This document shows positions 51,827-61,966 of a stretch of DNA of 64,000 nt, one piece after another. The position numbers were made by a program, and so were the translations under genes. Source of the DNA: Elusimicrobiota bacterium (lineage in GTDB: Bacteria > Elusimicrobiota > Elusimicrobia > UBA1565 > UBA9628). The DNA is taken from the NCBI GenBank assembly GCA_023213235.1, contig CP096137.1, forward strand, positions 1,627,047-1,691,046, written 5' to 3'. The notes below the pieces were generated by a model. That model was given only the letters and a program-made list of their open reading frames with translations, did not search any database and was not told the origin of the DNA. Every line of letters begins with the position of its first letter. Position 1 is the stretch's first letter.

Positions 51827-53230
51827 GATCATGAACGACGCCGCGGCGAAGCGTCCCGAATGGGACAGCGACAGGCTCCAGTCCTGGGGCTTGCCCTTCC
51901 ACAGCACGCCGGGCAGGCCGGCCTGGTCCGTCAAGGCGAGCTTGGCGGAACTGCCGATCTCGTCGTTGACGCCCGCGATGAAGTCGAGCGCGAGTTCGCG
52001 CACGAAGCCGCCCGGGGAGGTTCCCGCCGGCACTTCGGCGACGGTCCACAGCACGTCGCCCTCGGTGTCCGCGTCGCCGATGAAGCCGCCGCGCAGGACC
52101 GCCACGCAGTGGAGCTTGTCCTCGTCGTCGTCGGTGAAGCGGGTGTCGAGCTGCAGTCCGGTCGGGATGTGGACGGCCTTGTTGCGGAACAGGTCGATCT
52201 CGATTTCGTGGAACGCGCCGTTGGGGACCGTGATCACCGCGCGGCCGAGCGCCTTGTGGCAGGCCTCCTTCGCGCAGAAGAACTTCCAGAACGTGCGAAA
52301 CAGCTTCGCCGGCCCCTGCTCCGCGAGGTAGGAGAGCTCCTTCTTCGTCAGGTGCCGCTCGAGCCACTCCTGATCGGCCTCGGTCAGGTCGTCGGAAAAA
52401 TTCTCGCGCAGCAGCGGCCCTTTGAGGTCGACGACGTCGTTGCCGCCGCAGTTGCGCGCCATGTCGGAGCCGTCCCACCAGACGCGCTGGAGCTCGGCCA
52501 GCCGGTCGAAGAGTCGCTGACTAATGGCGCGTGGGTTCGTATCGCCGGGTCGCGCGCCTTCCACTAGGTCAGCGACCACGCGGATGCGGTCCCCGTACGG
52601 CGGACAGGCGGTCGTCGAGATCTGCCTCTCGGAGCGGAGGTAGACGACGAGGAACTTCGCGTCCGGCGCCTCGAGCGCGAGGCGGCCGAGGAAGTCCTTC
52701 GGGCGCTTCGGCTCGAGCCAGCCCGAGCGCGACCGGCCGGCCTCGGGGTAGACGAAGACGGCGCCGCCCTGCTTGAGCACCCACGCGCACTTCTCGAAGG
52801 CCTTTTGACGGAAAGTTTCCGCGGCGGCGTCTTCGCCGCCGCGGAGAAACGGGATGCAGCGGCACAGATAAAGGAGGCCGCGCAGAAACGCGCTCTGCAC
52901 CGGGCCGCCGAGCTTGTAGTAGTTCGTGTACTCCGGCGTCGACCACGGGATGCGCCGGTCCTCGAGCACGCGCGAGGTGGGGAACACCGCCCAGTAGACG
53001 AGGAAGCTGTCGATGAGGGTGAGGTGGTTCGCGGCCCAGATCACGGGGCCGGGGTGGGCGTCGAGCTTGGCCCAGATCTCGCGTCTGAGGCGCCGGACGT
53101 CTTCGTGAAGCTCGTAGCCGAAGTAGAAACGGGAGATGGCCGCGACGAGCAGAGACACGGGCGCGACCAGCGCCCGGCTGACGGCCCACTGGACGCGGAG
53201 GGCTTTGACGTCCTCCGCGTCCAGGGCCAT
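51821..53230 (-). CDS. Fusion: lysophospholipid/glycerolipid acyltransferase (PlsC-like, NHxxxxD) plus 4'-phosphopantetheinyl transferase
   Basis: The N-terminal domain has AANHLTLIDS (HX4D motif) and YPEAGRS. The C-terminal domain has FWKFFCAKEACHKALG and WSLSLSHSGRFAAASF, matching Sfp/AcpS-type PPTase motifs. Confidence 0.55.
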   Translation of the reverse strand: MALDAEDVKALRVQWAVSRALVAPVSLLVAAISRFYFGYELHEDVRRLRREIWAKLDAHPGPVIWAANHLTLIDSFLVYWAVFPTSRVLEDRRIPWSTPEYTNYYKLGGPVQSAFLRGLLYLCRCIPFLRGGEDAAAETFRQKAFEKCAWVLKQGGAVFVYPEAGRSRSGWLEPKRPKDFLGRLALEAPDAKFLVVYLRSERQISTTACPPYGDRIRVVADLVEGARPGDTNPRAISQRLFDRLAELQRVWWDGSDMARNCGGNDVVDLKGPLLRENFSDDLTEADQEWLERHLTKKELSYLAEQGPAKLFRTFWKFFCAKEACHKALGRAVITVPNGAFHEIEIDLFRNKAVHIPTGLQLDTRFTDDDEDKLHCVAVLRGGFIGDADTEGDVLWTVAEVPAGTSPGGFVRELALDFIAGVNDEIGSSAKLALTDQAGLPGVLWKGKPQDWSLSLSHSGRFAAASFMIS

Positions 53231-53234
53231 TACG

Positions 53235-54137
53235 TTAGTTGATCTTCTCCGCGGCGGAGACGGCGTCCTGCAGCGCCTTGCGGACGGCGGCGACCTTCGT
53301 CTCCTCGATCGCGCGGCGCTTGCCCGCGGCCTCGGCGACTTCCTGCGAGACGCGCAGCTTGGCCGAGCTCATCTTCAGGCGGGTGCGGATCTCGGCTTCC
53401 TCGCCGCGCAGCTTGGCGAGCGCGGCCGCGTCGCCGCCGGCCGAGACGCCCTTGATCTTGTCGAGCGTGAGGTTCAGCTCGGAGGTCAACGCGTCGTAGC
53501 CCGCCTTGTCGTTCTGGTAGGCCTTCGACTTCGACGCCGCGAGCTTCGCCGCGTCGGCGAGGAGGCCGTCGTACTCCTTCGCCTGGCCCGCGAGGGCCTT
53601 GAGGTTGGCGACCGCCTCGGAGCGCTCCGCGCCCGCGAGCTTCTCGGCCTTGGCGGCCATCTTCTTGAGGGCGTCGGACATCTTCCAGCCGTCGCCGCAG
53701 GCCATCACGTAGGCGAAGGAGACGACCTTCTCGAGGTAGGCGTCGTTCTTCGCCATATGCCCGTTGTCCATGAGCATCTTCACCGACAGGCCCGGGGTCG
53801 CGGCGAGCGCGTCCTGGCCGTCGAGGATGCGCAGCTTGCCGAGCTCGCCCGCCGTCAGCTTGAACTCCGCGGAGCCCTCGGCGACCGGCGTCTTCGTCGT
53901 CATCTTGGTCAGGAACTGGCGTTCGATCGACATCGTGATGTCGGCGAGGTTCGACGACTCGATGCCCATGCCCACGATGTGGCCGAGATAGGGGGTGTTG
54001 CCGTCGGCGGCGGCGAAGTTGGCCTCGTTCGTGGCGTACTTCTTGACGCCCGCGATGATCCGCTTCTCCGCTTCCTCCGGCGAGATCGTGTTGAGATCGG
54101 TCGCCTCGACGGTCGCCTGCTTGCGCATGAATGCCAT
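53235..54137 (-). CDS. Hypothetical Ala/Lys-rich protein (300 aa)
   Basis: Track ORF within the fab-like operon with no recognisable motifs. Confidence 0.35.
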   Translation of the reverse strand: MAFMRKQATVEATDLNTISPEEAEKRIIAGVKKYATNEANFAAADGNTPYLGHIVGMGIESSNLADITMSIERQFLTKMTTKTPVAEGSAEFKLTAGELGKLRILDGQDALAATPGLSVKMLMDNGHMAKNDAYLEKVVSFAYVMACGDGWKMSDALKKMAAKAEKLAGAERSEAVANLKALAGQAKEYDGLLADAAKLAASKSKAYQNDKAGYDALTSELNLTLDKIKGVSAGGDAAALAKLRGEEAEIRTRLKMSSAKLRVSQEVAEAAGKRRAIEETKVAAVRKALQDAVSAAEKIN

Positions 54138-54173
54138 GGTTATCCTTCCTCCTGAGATCCTACGACGATTCTA

Positions 54174-55490
54174 TTACTTTCCGTCCCAGCGTTTGAACAG
54201 CACGCAGCCGTTCACGTCGCCGAACCCGAACGAGGCCTTGATGACGTACTCGAGCTCCTTCTTGACCATCGTCTGCGGAATGCTGGCGCCGACCGGGATG
54301 CCGGGGTGCACCTCGGAGGCGTTGATCGACGGGTGCACGTAGCCGTGGACGAGCTGGTCGACGACGGCCGCGCACTCGAGCGCGCCGGCGGCGCCGAGCG
54401 TGTGGCCGATCATCGACTTCGTCGACTGGATCAGCGGGAATTGGTCTAGCGGAAGCCCGAGCGCCTTGATCCAGGACCCCGCTTCCCGCGGATCCGCGGT
54501 CGTGGAGGTCAAATGGCCGTTTATTAATGAAATACGGCGGGGTTCGGCTCCTCCGTCCTGGAGGACCTGCCGGATGCACTTCATCACGCCGTCCGCGTTC
54601 GGGAACGTCATCGTGCCGCCGTCGCGCTGGCCGCCGGAGTTGCAGTAGGCGGAGACGACCTCGGCCAGGATCTTGGCGCCGCGCTTCTGCGCGCGCTCGA
54701 GCGTCTCCAGGCGCAGGACGCCCGCGCCGCCGGCCGGGACGAAGCCGCAGGCGCCGGCGCCCATCGGCTGGGAGCCCTTCTCCGGGCGGTCGTTGAATTT
54801 CGAGCACAGCACGTCGCGCATCGCGTCGAAGCCCGCCCACGTGCCGTAGTGCGTGCCCTCGGCGCCGCCGGCGTACATCGAGTCGGCGTAGCCGAGCTGA
54901 ATATGTTTGAAGGCCTCGAAGATCGCCTCGGTGCCGGTGTTGCACGCGGAGGAGTTCGTCGTCGTCTGGCCGCCCAGGCCGAGGAACTTGCCGACGGTGA
55001 CCGAGACGGAGGATTCCATGATCTTGGGGACGATGTCGGTGCCCATGCCGCGGCAGCCCATGCCGGGATCTTGAGTCTCGGATTCGCTCATCGTGGGGCC
55101 GAGCTCCTCGAACATCGTGTCCATGCCGCCGATGCCGCAGCCGACGATCGCGCCCGTGTCCCACTGGACCGGCGTGTCCTGGTAGCCCTTCTTGAGGTCG
55201 ACCGTCTCGCCGGACATCTTCGCGGCCTCGACGGCGGCGAGCGCGGCGTAGACCATCGCCTCGTTGAGCTTGTTGAGGTCGGCGCCGGGGATCACGGACT
55301 CGACGAAGTCCATGTCGATCGGCGGCTTGCCGCCGATCTGGCAGGCGAAGTTGAGCTTCTTGAGCTCCTCGTGCCAGGTGATGCCGGACTTGCCGGCCTG
55401 CAGCGCGGCGCGGTACGCTTCGACGCCGACGCCGTTGGGGGCGACGGCCCCGTACCCGGTGATCACGACGCGCTTGGGGAAGCGGCTCAT
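54174..55490 (-). CDS. fabF: Beta-ketoacyl-ACP synthase I/II (elongating KAS)
   Basis: ATG at 55490 (MSRFPKRVVITGYGAVAP) overlaps the FabZ stop. Shows active-site Cys context (TTNSSACNTG), the His-His pair (...INGHLTST / MIGHTLGAAG) and the GFGDVNGC end. Confidence 0.7.
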   Translation of the reverse strand: MSRFPKRVVITGYGAVAPNGVGVEAYRAALQAGKSGITWHEELKKLNFACQIGGKPPIDMDFVESVIPGADLNKLNEAMVYAALAAVEAAKMSGETVDLKKGYQDTPVQWDTGAIVGCGIGGMDTMFEELGPTMSESETQDPGMGCRGMGTDIVPKIMESSVSVTVGKFLGLGGQTTTNSSACNTGTEAIFEAFKHIQLGYADSMYAGGAEGTHYGTWAGFDAMRDVLCSKFNDRPEKGSQPMGAGACGFVPAGGAGVLRLETLERAQKRGAKILAEVVSAYCNSGGQRDGGTMTFPNADGVMKCIRQVLQDGGAEPRRISLINGHLTSTTADPREAGSWIKALGLPLDQFPLIQSTKSMIGHTLGAAGALECAAVVDQLVHGYVHPSINASEVHPGIPVGASIPQTMVKKELEYVIKASFGFGDVNGCVLFKRWDGK

Positions 55491-55978
55491 TTCAGTTTCT
55501 CCGACTCCTTGGGGATCCACAGCCCGGACACCAGGCCCGTGAACGTCGTCTCGCCGTCCTTGGGGCCGCCGGCGAACTTGAGCTCCACCTCGGCCGCCAT
55601 CTTGCCGTCGCGGAAAAAGCCACTCGCGCCGAAGGCGGCGCGGCAAACTAAGATGTCGCCGGGGCGCACCATCTTCTTGAACGAGCCCTTGTCGACGTGC
55701 GTGAAGAGGTTGACCATCGAGGCCAGGCGCTCGGGACCGGCCTTGGCGCCCATCAGGTAGATGCCCCAGGCGACGACGGCGGTCTGCACGCACATCTCCA
55801 CCTGCTTGACGCCCGGCACGACGGGGTTCCCGGGGAAGTGGCCGGCGCAGTCCTCGTCCTTCCAGGTGTAGCGCGAGACGATGTGCTCGCGGTCGACCTC
55901 GAGGATGGCGTCGAGGAAGCGCATGGGCGGGCGCTGGGGGACGAGCTTGAGGACTTCGGCGGCGGTGAGATCGCTCAA
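55487..55978 (-). CDS. fabZ: 3-hydroxyacyl-ACP dehydratase (FabZ/FabA hotdog)
   Basis: Track ORF of 163 aa with the HFPGNPVVPGV motif. Confidence 0.7.
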   Translation of the reverse strand: MSDLTAAEVLKLVPQRPPMRFLDAILEVDREHIVSRYTWKDEDCAGHFPGNPVVPGVKQVEMCVQTAVVAWGIYLMGAKAGPERLASMVNLFTHVDKGSFKKMVRPGDILVCRAAFGASGFFRDGKMAAEVELKFAGGPKDGETTFTGLVSGLWIPKESEKLK

Positions 55979-56697
55979 AGCGCCATGCCTCCGTCGACGG
56001 CGATGACGGCGCCGTTCAGGTACTGGTTCTCGATCGCGTGCCAGACGGTCTCGGCGATCGCCTCGGGCGCGCCGAAGGCGCCGAGAGCCACGTCCTTTTT
56101 GATGCCGGCGCGCTGCTCCTCGGGGATGTCCTTGGTCATCGCGGTCTCGATGAAGCCGGGGGCGACGGCGACGACGCGAACGCCCTTGGGGCCGATCTCG
56201 GAGGCGAATTGCTGGGTCAGCGCCTCGAGCGCGGCCTTCGTCGCGCGGTAGACGGCGGAGCCGACGACGGCTTTGCGCGCGAGGACGGAGGAGATGTTCA
56301 CGATGACGCCGCTTTCGTTGCGGGCCATCTCTTTGGCGAAGTCGCGCATGAGGAACAACGGCGCTTTGAGATTCGTGGCGACGAGCTTGTCGAAGCCCTC
56401 TTCGGAGATCATGAGGGCGGGTTCGTGGGGCTTGTCGATGCCGGCGTTGTTGATCAAGGCGAACGGAGTCCCTTTCGCGAGCACGGCGTCACGGAGAGCC
56501 TGACGGCCTTCGGCCGTCGCCAAATCGGCTTTAACGATAAACGAATTGGGAATCGAATCGGAAAGCGCCTGAGCGGCAACGGCATTGCCGTTGTAATGGA
56601 GGCACAGCGTCAGCTGCCCCTCGGACCTCTCATGGATCAATTTTGCTATCGCCGCGCCGATCCCGCCGGACGCGCCCGTCACGATCGCGATATCCAT
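55975..56697 (-). CDS. fabG: 3-oxoacyl-ACP reductase (SDR)
   Basis: MDIAIVTGASGGIGAAIA; NNAG; and the S...YxxxK context (SSVLARKAVVGSAVYRATKAAL). Confidence 0.65.
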   Translation of the reverse strand: MDIAIVTGASGGIGAAIAKLIHERSEGQLTLCLHYNGNAVAAQALSDSIPNSFIVKADLATAEGRQALRDAVLAKGTPFALINNAGIDKPHEPALMISEEGFDKLVATNLKAPLFLMRDFAKEMARNESGVIVNISSVLARKAVVGSAVYRATKAALEALTQQFASEIGPKGVRVVAVAPGFIETAMTKDIPEEQRAGIKKDVALGAFGAPEAIAETVWHAIENQYLNGAVIAVDGGMAL

Positions 56698-57713
56698 TAC
56701 TGAACCTCCATGAGCCCGCCGCCCCACGCGAGTCCCGCGCCGAGGACCGCGTACACGATCTTGTCGCCCTTGTGCAGCGTGTCGAGGCGCTGGGCGACGG
56801 CCGAGGGCATGCCGCCGGCGGCGATGTTGCCCTGCGTCTCGACGTTGTGGATGTGGCGCTCCTCGGGCAGGCCCAAGTGGCCGATGATCGAGTCCATCAT
56901 GACCTTGTTGGCCTGGTGCGTGACGGTGTAAACCTCGTCGGCGTAGAGCTTCTTGGCGGCGGCGACGGCCTCGAAGGTCTCGACGGTCTTGCGGATCGAG
57001 AACTCGCGCACCTTCGCGCCGTCCTGCCAGAAGTGCTTCGTGCCGTCGACGAGGACGTCGGTGGCGCCCTCGGAGGCGCTCTCGAAGACCATCGGCTCTA
57101 TTTTCAAGCGGCCGGGGTGCTTCATCGAGCACAGCTGCGCGGCGGCGCCGTCGCCCCAGATGTAGCCGTCGATGGAGCCCTCGGAGTAGTCGGTGCGCGT
57201 GGTGTAGCAGGCGGTCTGGATCGTCAGCGCGAACTCGGGCCAGGCGTCGTCGCGCAGGTCGGAGAGATGCTTCATGTGGCGCGCGAAGGACGAGCACGCG
57301 GTGTTGAGGTCGGCGTGGGGGCCGGACCCGACGCCGAGCGCCTTGGCGACGTAGTTCGCGCAGGAGGGGACGGGATCGAAGGGGATGTCGGAGTTGCAGA
57401 GGACGAGCCCGATCTGAGAGGGCTTCACTCCCGTGCGCGCCAACGCCTGCTGGGCCGCGCGCACCGCGAGCGTCACCGGCGTCTCGCCGCGCGACTTCGC
57501 GTGCGTGATCGCCGCGAGGAAGTCCCTGTTCTTCGTCGACTTGATGTACTCGCGCGAGAGCACCGAGCGGCGCTCGTGGATGCCGAGGCGCGAGAGGCAC
57601 CAGTCGGGACCCTTCTTCAGGCCGACTTCCTCGTGGAGGAACTTGTTGTCGATGACGGTCTCGGGAAGGGCCCAGCCCATCCCGAGGACGTTGACGGGGG
57701 GACGCTGGCTCAC
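56697..57713 (-). CDS. fabH: 3-oxoacyl-ACP synthase III (FabH-like initiating KAS)
   Basis: GTG at 57713 overlaps the upstream stop. Shows LNTACSSF (active-site Cys), THQANKVM (His) and GNIAAGGMPSA (Asn). Confidence 0.65.
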   Translation of the reverse strand: MSQRPPVNVLGMGWALPETVIDNKFLHEEVGLKKGPDWCLSRLGIHERRSVLSREYIKSTKNRDFLAAITHAKSRGETPVTLAVRAAQQALARTGVKPSQIGLVLCNSDIPFDPVPSCANYVAKALGVGSGPHADLNTACSSFARHMKHLSDLRDDAWPEFALTIQTACYTTRTDYSEGSIDGYIWGDGAAAQLCSMKHPGRLKIEPMVFESASEGATDVLVDGTKHFWQDGAKVREFSIRKTVETFEAVAAAKKLYADEVYTVTHQANKVMMDSIIGHLGLPEERHIHNVETQGNIAAGGMPSAVAQRLDTLHKGDKIVYAVLGAGLAWGGGLMEVQ

Positions 57714-58677
57714 GCCAGCCCCGAGATCGCCTCGCCGCCGTCGACTCGCAGGATCGAGCCGTTGGCCCAGCGCAAGGTCGGCCCGCACAGGCCGAGGATC
57801 GTCTCGGCCACGTCCTCCGGCGTGGTGAGCCGGTGGAACGGGTTGCGGATGCGCGCCGAGGCCTTCATCAGGTCGAAGTTCGGGATCGCGTTGCCGGCCG
57901 GCGTGTCGGTGATGCCGGCCTGGACGATGTAGGAGGACACGCCGTAGGGCGCCAGCTCGACGGCCATCGCGCGGCAGGACGCCTCGAGCGCGGTCTTGGC
58001 GGCGGAGACGGCCGCGTAGCCCTTCCACGCGATCTCGTTGCCCTCGGAGGTCATCGCGACCGTGCTCGCGTTCTTCGCGAACATGCCTTCCTTGGTCAGC
58101 TCGCGGGTCCAGAGCAGGTAGTCGTAGCCCATCATGAAGATCGTCTTCTTGAGATCGTCTTCCGTGAGAAGCTCCTCGCGGTACGGGATGCGGGAGTCGG
58201 CGAGCGTGTGGAGGGCGTCGCAGCCCTTGTCGTGGAACGCGGTGTTGATCGCGGCCTTGACCTTGTCGGCGGGCAGGCCGAGGGCCTCCGCCAGCCCCTT
58301 GATCGCGATGCCGCGGAAGTCGGGGTCTTGTCCTCGATCATGAGGCGGCAGGAGCCGGCCGCGATCGACTGCATGAACAGCCGGACCTTGCCGGCGCCGC
58401 AGTTCTGCGCGATGGACTCGAACACCTCGCCGCGGCCCTCGTCGTCGAAAAGGTTGACGTTGTGGGTGACCAGCTTCACGCCGTAGGAGCGGATCTCGTC
58501 GAAATGGGGCTTGATCACCGTCTCGACGGTGCCTTCTTTGTCTTTGTGGCCGATGAGAATGTTCAGGCCGGCGCGTGCCAGTCTTTTAGACGTCGCCAGG
58601 CCGAACCCCGACGAGCCGCCGAGCACGACCGCCCACTCGCCCGAACCGTGAAAATCCAACGGGTTTTTCTGATCCAT
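57710..58677 (-). CDS. Enoyl reductase, FabV/TER-like (motif VLGGSSGFGLA); frameshifted near 58340
   Basis: ORF 58132..58677 (N-terminal part) joins ORF 57710..58135 (C-terminal part). The GxSSGxGLA signature resembles FabV/trans-2-enoyl-CoA reductases. The reconstructed protein is shorter than typical FabV. Confidence 0.45.
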
Positions 58678-58751
58678 TCTCTTATTTTACCTCGCCCGCC
58701 CGGATCGCGTCATTGACCGTAGTCAAACGTCCGGTGCCGGGCTTTAAGTCG

Positions 58752-59255
58752 TTAAGGGCGGCGGTCGAACAGCTCGTCTTTGAGGGGGGAACTGCTCCGG
58801 GGGAACTCCCGGGACGTCAGGAGCATGCCGTCGATTCCGTACACCGACTCGGTGCAGGCGGCGGCGGCCGGCTCGTAGCGGCGCTCGCACATCACGAGCG
58901 GCTTGGCGCCGCCGTCCAGGAAGGCGTAGATGCCGATGTCGGCGTCGGGGCCGGCGCACAGCTCGGGATTCTTCTTGGCCGTCTTGGGGTCGCAGGGCTT
59001 GTAGTGGTACTCGATGGAGGCCAGGCAGCGCTCCTTCTTGCGATCCCACGCGTAATCGACGATGCCCTCGAAGATGCGGGGAGAGCTGTCGCGAACCGTC
59101 TTGTCGAGAGCCTCGGACAGAGCCTTGCAGGCGGCGACCTTCTTGTTCAGGCGCGAGGAGCGGACCTGGAGCAGGACGGCGCCGAGCAGGGCCGCGGCGC
59201 CGACGGCGCCGAATGTCCAGGTGCGCCGGTTGTCCTCGATCGCCACGGACCGCAT
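58752..59255 (-). CDS. Small membrane-anchored hypothetical protein with four Cys
   Basis: Track ORF of 167 aa with one N-terminal TM helix. Confidence 0.35.
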   Translation of the reverse strand: MRSVAIEDNRRTWTFGAVGAAALLGAVLLQVRSSRLNKKVAACKALSEALDKTVRDSSPRIFEGIVDYAWDRKKERCLASIEYHYKPCDPKTAKKNPELCAGPDADIGIYAFLDGGAKPLVMCERRYEPAAAACTESVYGIDGMLLTSREFPRSSSPLKDELFDRRP

Positions 59256-59327
59256 TATACGACAAATTTCGAAGGCCGCATCCCGGCCCGTTGACGAAAC
59301 GGGATTGCGGGCCTACACTGGGGCCAT

Positions 59328-60427
59328 GCGACCCCTCCTCGCCGCGCTGGCCTGCGTCCTGCCGTTTTCCGCCTCCGCCCAGATCGTCGGCGAGTCCGCG
59401 AACGCCGCCTCCGCGTCGCGCGCGGGCGGCTCGGCGGCCGTCGGAGCCGTTCCGGGCGGGCTTTCTTCTCCTTTATTGACCCCGTCCGCGCTGACGCCGT
59501 CGCTGACCTCGTCGCTGGCGCCGGCGGCCGCGCCCGCGCCGGGCGCGCCGATCCCGGCGCTCGCCCCGTCGGCGCTCATCCCGATCGACCCGGCGGCCAT
59601 GAAGCCGAAGAGCCGCGACTATTCTCCTTCGGAATGGGAGAAGCTCACGGCCGACGCGAAGGACGAGGGCACGCGCGCCGTCCTGCGCTCCAAGCCCGGC
59701 GACGCGCCGACCGACCCCGAGCTCTCCGTCACGTTGGCCGGCGGCGAAAACTGCGCGGCAATTTCCGCGGCCTGGCCGACGGCAAGATGATCTTCGAGAC
59801 GGGCGGCAAGCTCGTCGGCCTCAAGATGGACGGGGGAACATCGCCGAGGTGCGCCGCACGGTCGACGTGATGTTCGACGGCGCGAACCTGCGGCCCGCCG
59901 AGGTCGTCGTGCACGACCGCGCGCCCGTCGCCGATCCGTTCAAGGATCTCGCCAAATACAAAGGCCGCGTGCTCGACGTCGACACGCGCGACCTCGACGA
60001 CCTCAAGTGGTCGGCCCAGACCGTCTCCGGCCGCCTCGTGAAGCTCGACGCCGACGGGCTCGTGCTCGAGGGACCGAAAGGCGAGTACCACGTGCAGCGC
60101 GAGTTCCACCGCATCGACAAGGCGGTCCTGCGCTCCGAGCATTACTCCTCGCGCGGGCAGATCTCCTCGATCTCGGCCGTGGACGGAAAGGTCGCGATCG
60201 GCCAGCCCGTCGAGGTCTCTTTGCTCGGCGACAAGACGGTCAAGGGCCGCTATTTCGGCGTGCGCAAAGACGCGGAGGGCGACTACGTGCTCATCGAGGT
60301 CGCGTCCGCGGGCGGCACCCGCTTCCGCGCCCTCCGCGACTTCGTCGACCTGCGCACGCCGGGCTTCAAGAAGGCGGGCGAGCTCATCGACGGCGGCGAG
60401 CTGATCTACTCCGCCCCCGACCGGTAG
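59328..60427 (+). CDS. Secreted hypothetical protein; two frameshifts
   Basis: Signal peptide MRPLLAALACVLPFSASA (ORF 59062..59790) joins ORF 59634..59870, which joins ORF 59849..60427. Confidence 0.4.
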
Positions 60428-60506
60428 GGGTCAGACCTTACACGTTTCACTTTTCCCTCGGATCGGATTAATCGGAAAAGTGAAACGTGTAAGGTCTGAC
60501 CCTTTT
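60427..60506. terminator. Bidirectional rho-independent terminator: 29-bp perfect stem, 17-nt loop, followed by TTTT
   Basis: Reads GGGTCAGACCTTACACGTTTCACTTTTCC ... GGAAAAGTGAAACGTGTAAGGTCTGACCC TTTT, lying between convergent genes that end at 60427 (+) and 60520 (-). Confidence 0.7.
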
Positions 60507-60519
60507 CGCCCGGCCTGGA

Positions 60520-61767
60520 TCAGCGCAGCTTGGAGGCGTCGATCATCCCGGCGCCCTGCAGCGTGGCGCCGAGGCCGGGGAGGGGCGACGCGGCGCCGCG
60601 CAGAGAGGAGCGGATCGCCGCGGGAGTCCGCGCGCCGCGCGCCCAGGCGATCGCGGCGAGGCCGGCGGCGTGCGGCGCCGCCATCGAGGTGCCCGAGAGC
60701 TCGGTCCAGCCGCCGCCGAAGTCGACCGACTTCACGTCGACGCCCGGGGCGATGAAGTCGACCTCGGACCCGCGGCTCGAGAACTCGGCGACGCCGTCCT
60801 TGATGTCGGAGGCGGCGATCGCGACGGTCTCGGGATAAGCGGCGGGGTAGCCGACGGAGCCGCCGGAGTTGCCCGCGGCGGCGACGATGAGCAGGCCCGC
60901 CTTCGTCGCGGCGGCGACGGCGCGCTTGAGCGCCTCGCTGCCCTCCTCGGCGCCGAGGCTCATATTGGCGACGGGAATCTTGTTTTTGACGACCCACTCG
61001 ATGCCGGCGATCACGTCGGAGTAGCCGCCGTTGCCGTCGGCGTCGAGGACCTTGACCGCGTAGAGCTTGGCCAGCGGCGCGACGCCGGCCACGCCCTTGC
61101 CGTCGCGCTTGCCGGCGATCGTGCCGGCGACGTGCGAGCCGTGGCCCTGGTCGTCGTCCCACTTCCCGGGGTTGGCGGCGTCGAGCGCGTTGAAGCCGCC
61201 GAGGATCTGCCCGGCGAGGTCGGGGTGGGAGCGCGAGATGCCCGTGTCGATGACGGCGACCGCGGCGCCCGCGCCCTGGCCGCGCGGGGTCTCCCACGAG
61301 GACGCGGCGTTGACGCGGCGGATGCCCCAGGGCTGCTCGGCGTCCGGGGGCGCGGGGGCGCGGCGGGCTGGAGCCGGCGCATGCGCTCGAGCAGTTCGCG
61401 GGCCGCGTCGCCGAGATCGAACTGCGCGGCCGGCGGGGCGGGCATGGCGGCCGGGCCGGCCTTGAGCCAGTTGACGACCTTGTCGGTCTCCACGAGCTCG
61501 ACCTGGACCGAGGCGCGCAGCTTGGTCTCGGCGGCCTCGGAACGGAACGCGGGCAGCTCGATGACGATCGCGTTGATCGAGGGCAGCTCGCGCACGACCG
61601 AGCAGCCGACGCTCTGCGCCAGCTTGCGGCAGGCCTCGGTCCCGACCCCGGGCCTGCACGCGACGATCTTGCGGATCGTGTCGCCGGCGTCGAGCGGGCA
61701 GACCTGCGCGCTCGAGGCGGACGCGAGCAGGACGAGGGTCACGGCGAGGAGGGGGGCAGGGGGCTCA
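60520..61767 (-). CDS. Subtilisin-like serine protease (S8) with I9 propeptide; two frameshifts
   Basis: Shows DTGI (Asp), HGSHVAGTIAG (His) and GTSMAAPH (Ser). The propeptide is in ORF 61011..61742. The signal peptide MSPLPPLLAVTLVLLASASSA is restored by one C in the CCCCCC run at about 61755. Confidence 0.7.
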
Positions 61768-61866
61768 TGGACCTAAGAGTATGCGGGCCGAAGGGCCTAG
61801 ATCAGGGCCGATGGTCCTATGTGCGCATAGGACCAAGGACCTATGATGTCCCGAGGGGGCCTAGGA
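61768..61866. promoter_or_regulatory. Cluster of six GGNCCTANG repeats (two 17-bp direct repeats plus a 22-bp palindrome GGTCCTATGTGCGCATAGGACC), candidate transcription-factor binding array
   Basis: Read directly: ggacctaaga, gggcctaga, ggtcctatg/cataggacc, ggacctatga, ggcctagga. Direct repeat 1 is GGGCCGAAGGGCCTAGA and direct repeat 2 is GGGCCGATGGTCCTATG. Confidence 0.45.
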
Positions 61867-61920
61867 CGAATGCCTCCGGGGCCTTCCCCGCAGGGCCCAG
61901 GCCGGGCGGGGCGGGGAGCC

Positions 61921-61926
61921 CTATAA
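61921..61926 (+). promoter_or_regulatory. -10 hexamer TATAAT with SD AGGGAG upstream of the 61967 gene
   Basis: A perfect TATAAT lies 40 nt upstream of the ATG, and AGGGAGAAA lies 8 nt before the ATG. There is no good -35 element, which fits an activator-dependent promoter served by the upstream repeats. Confidence 0.4.
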
Positions 61927-61966
61927 TGTTGAAGACGCCGAACCAGACGCAGGGAGAAAACCTGAC

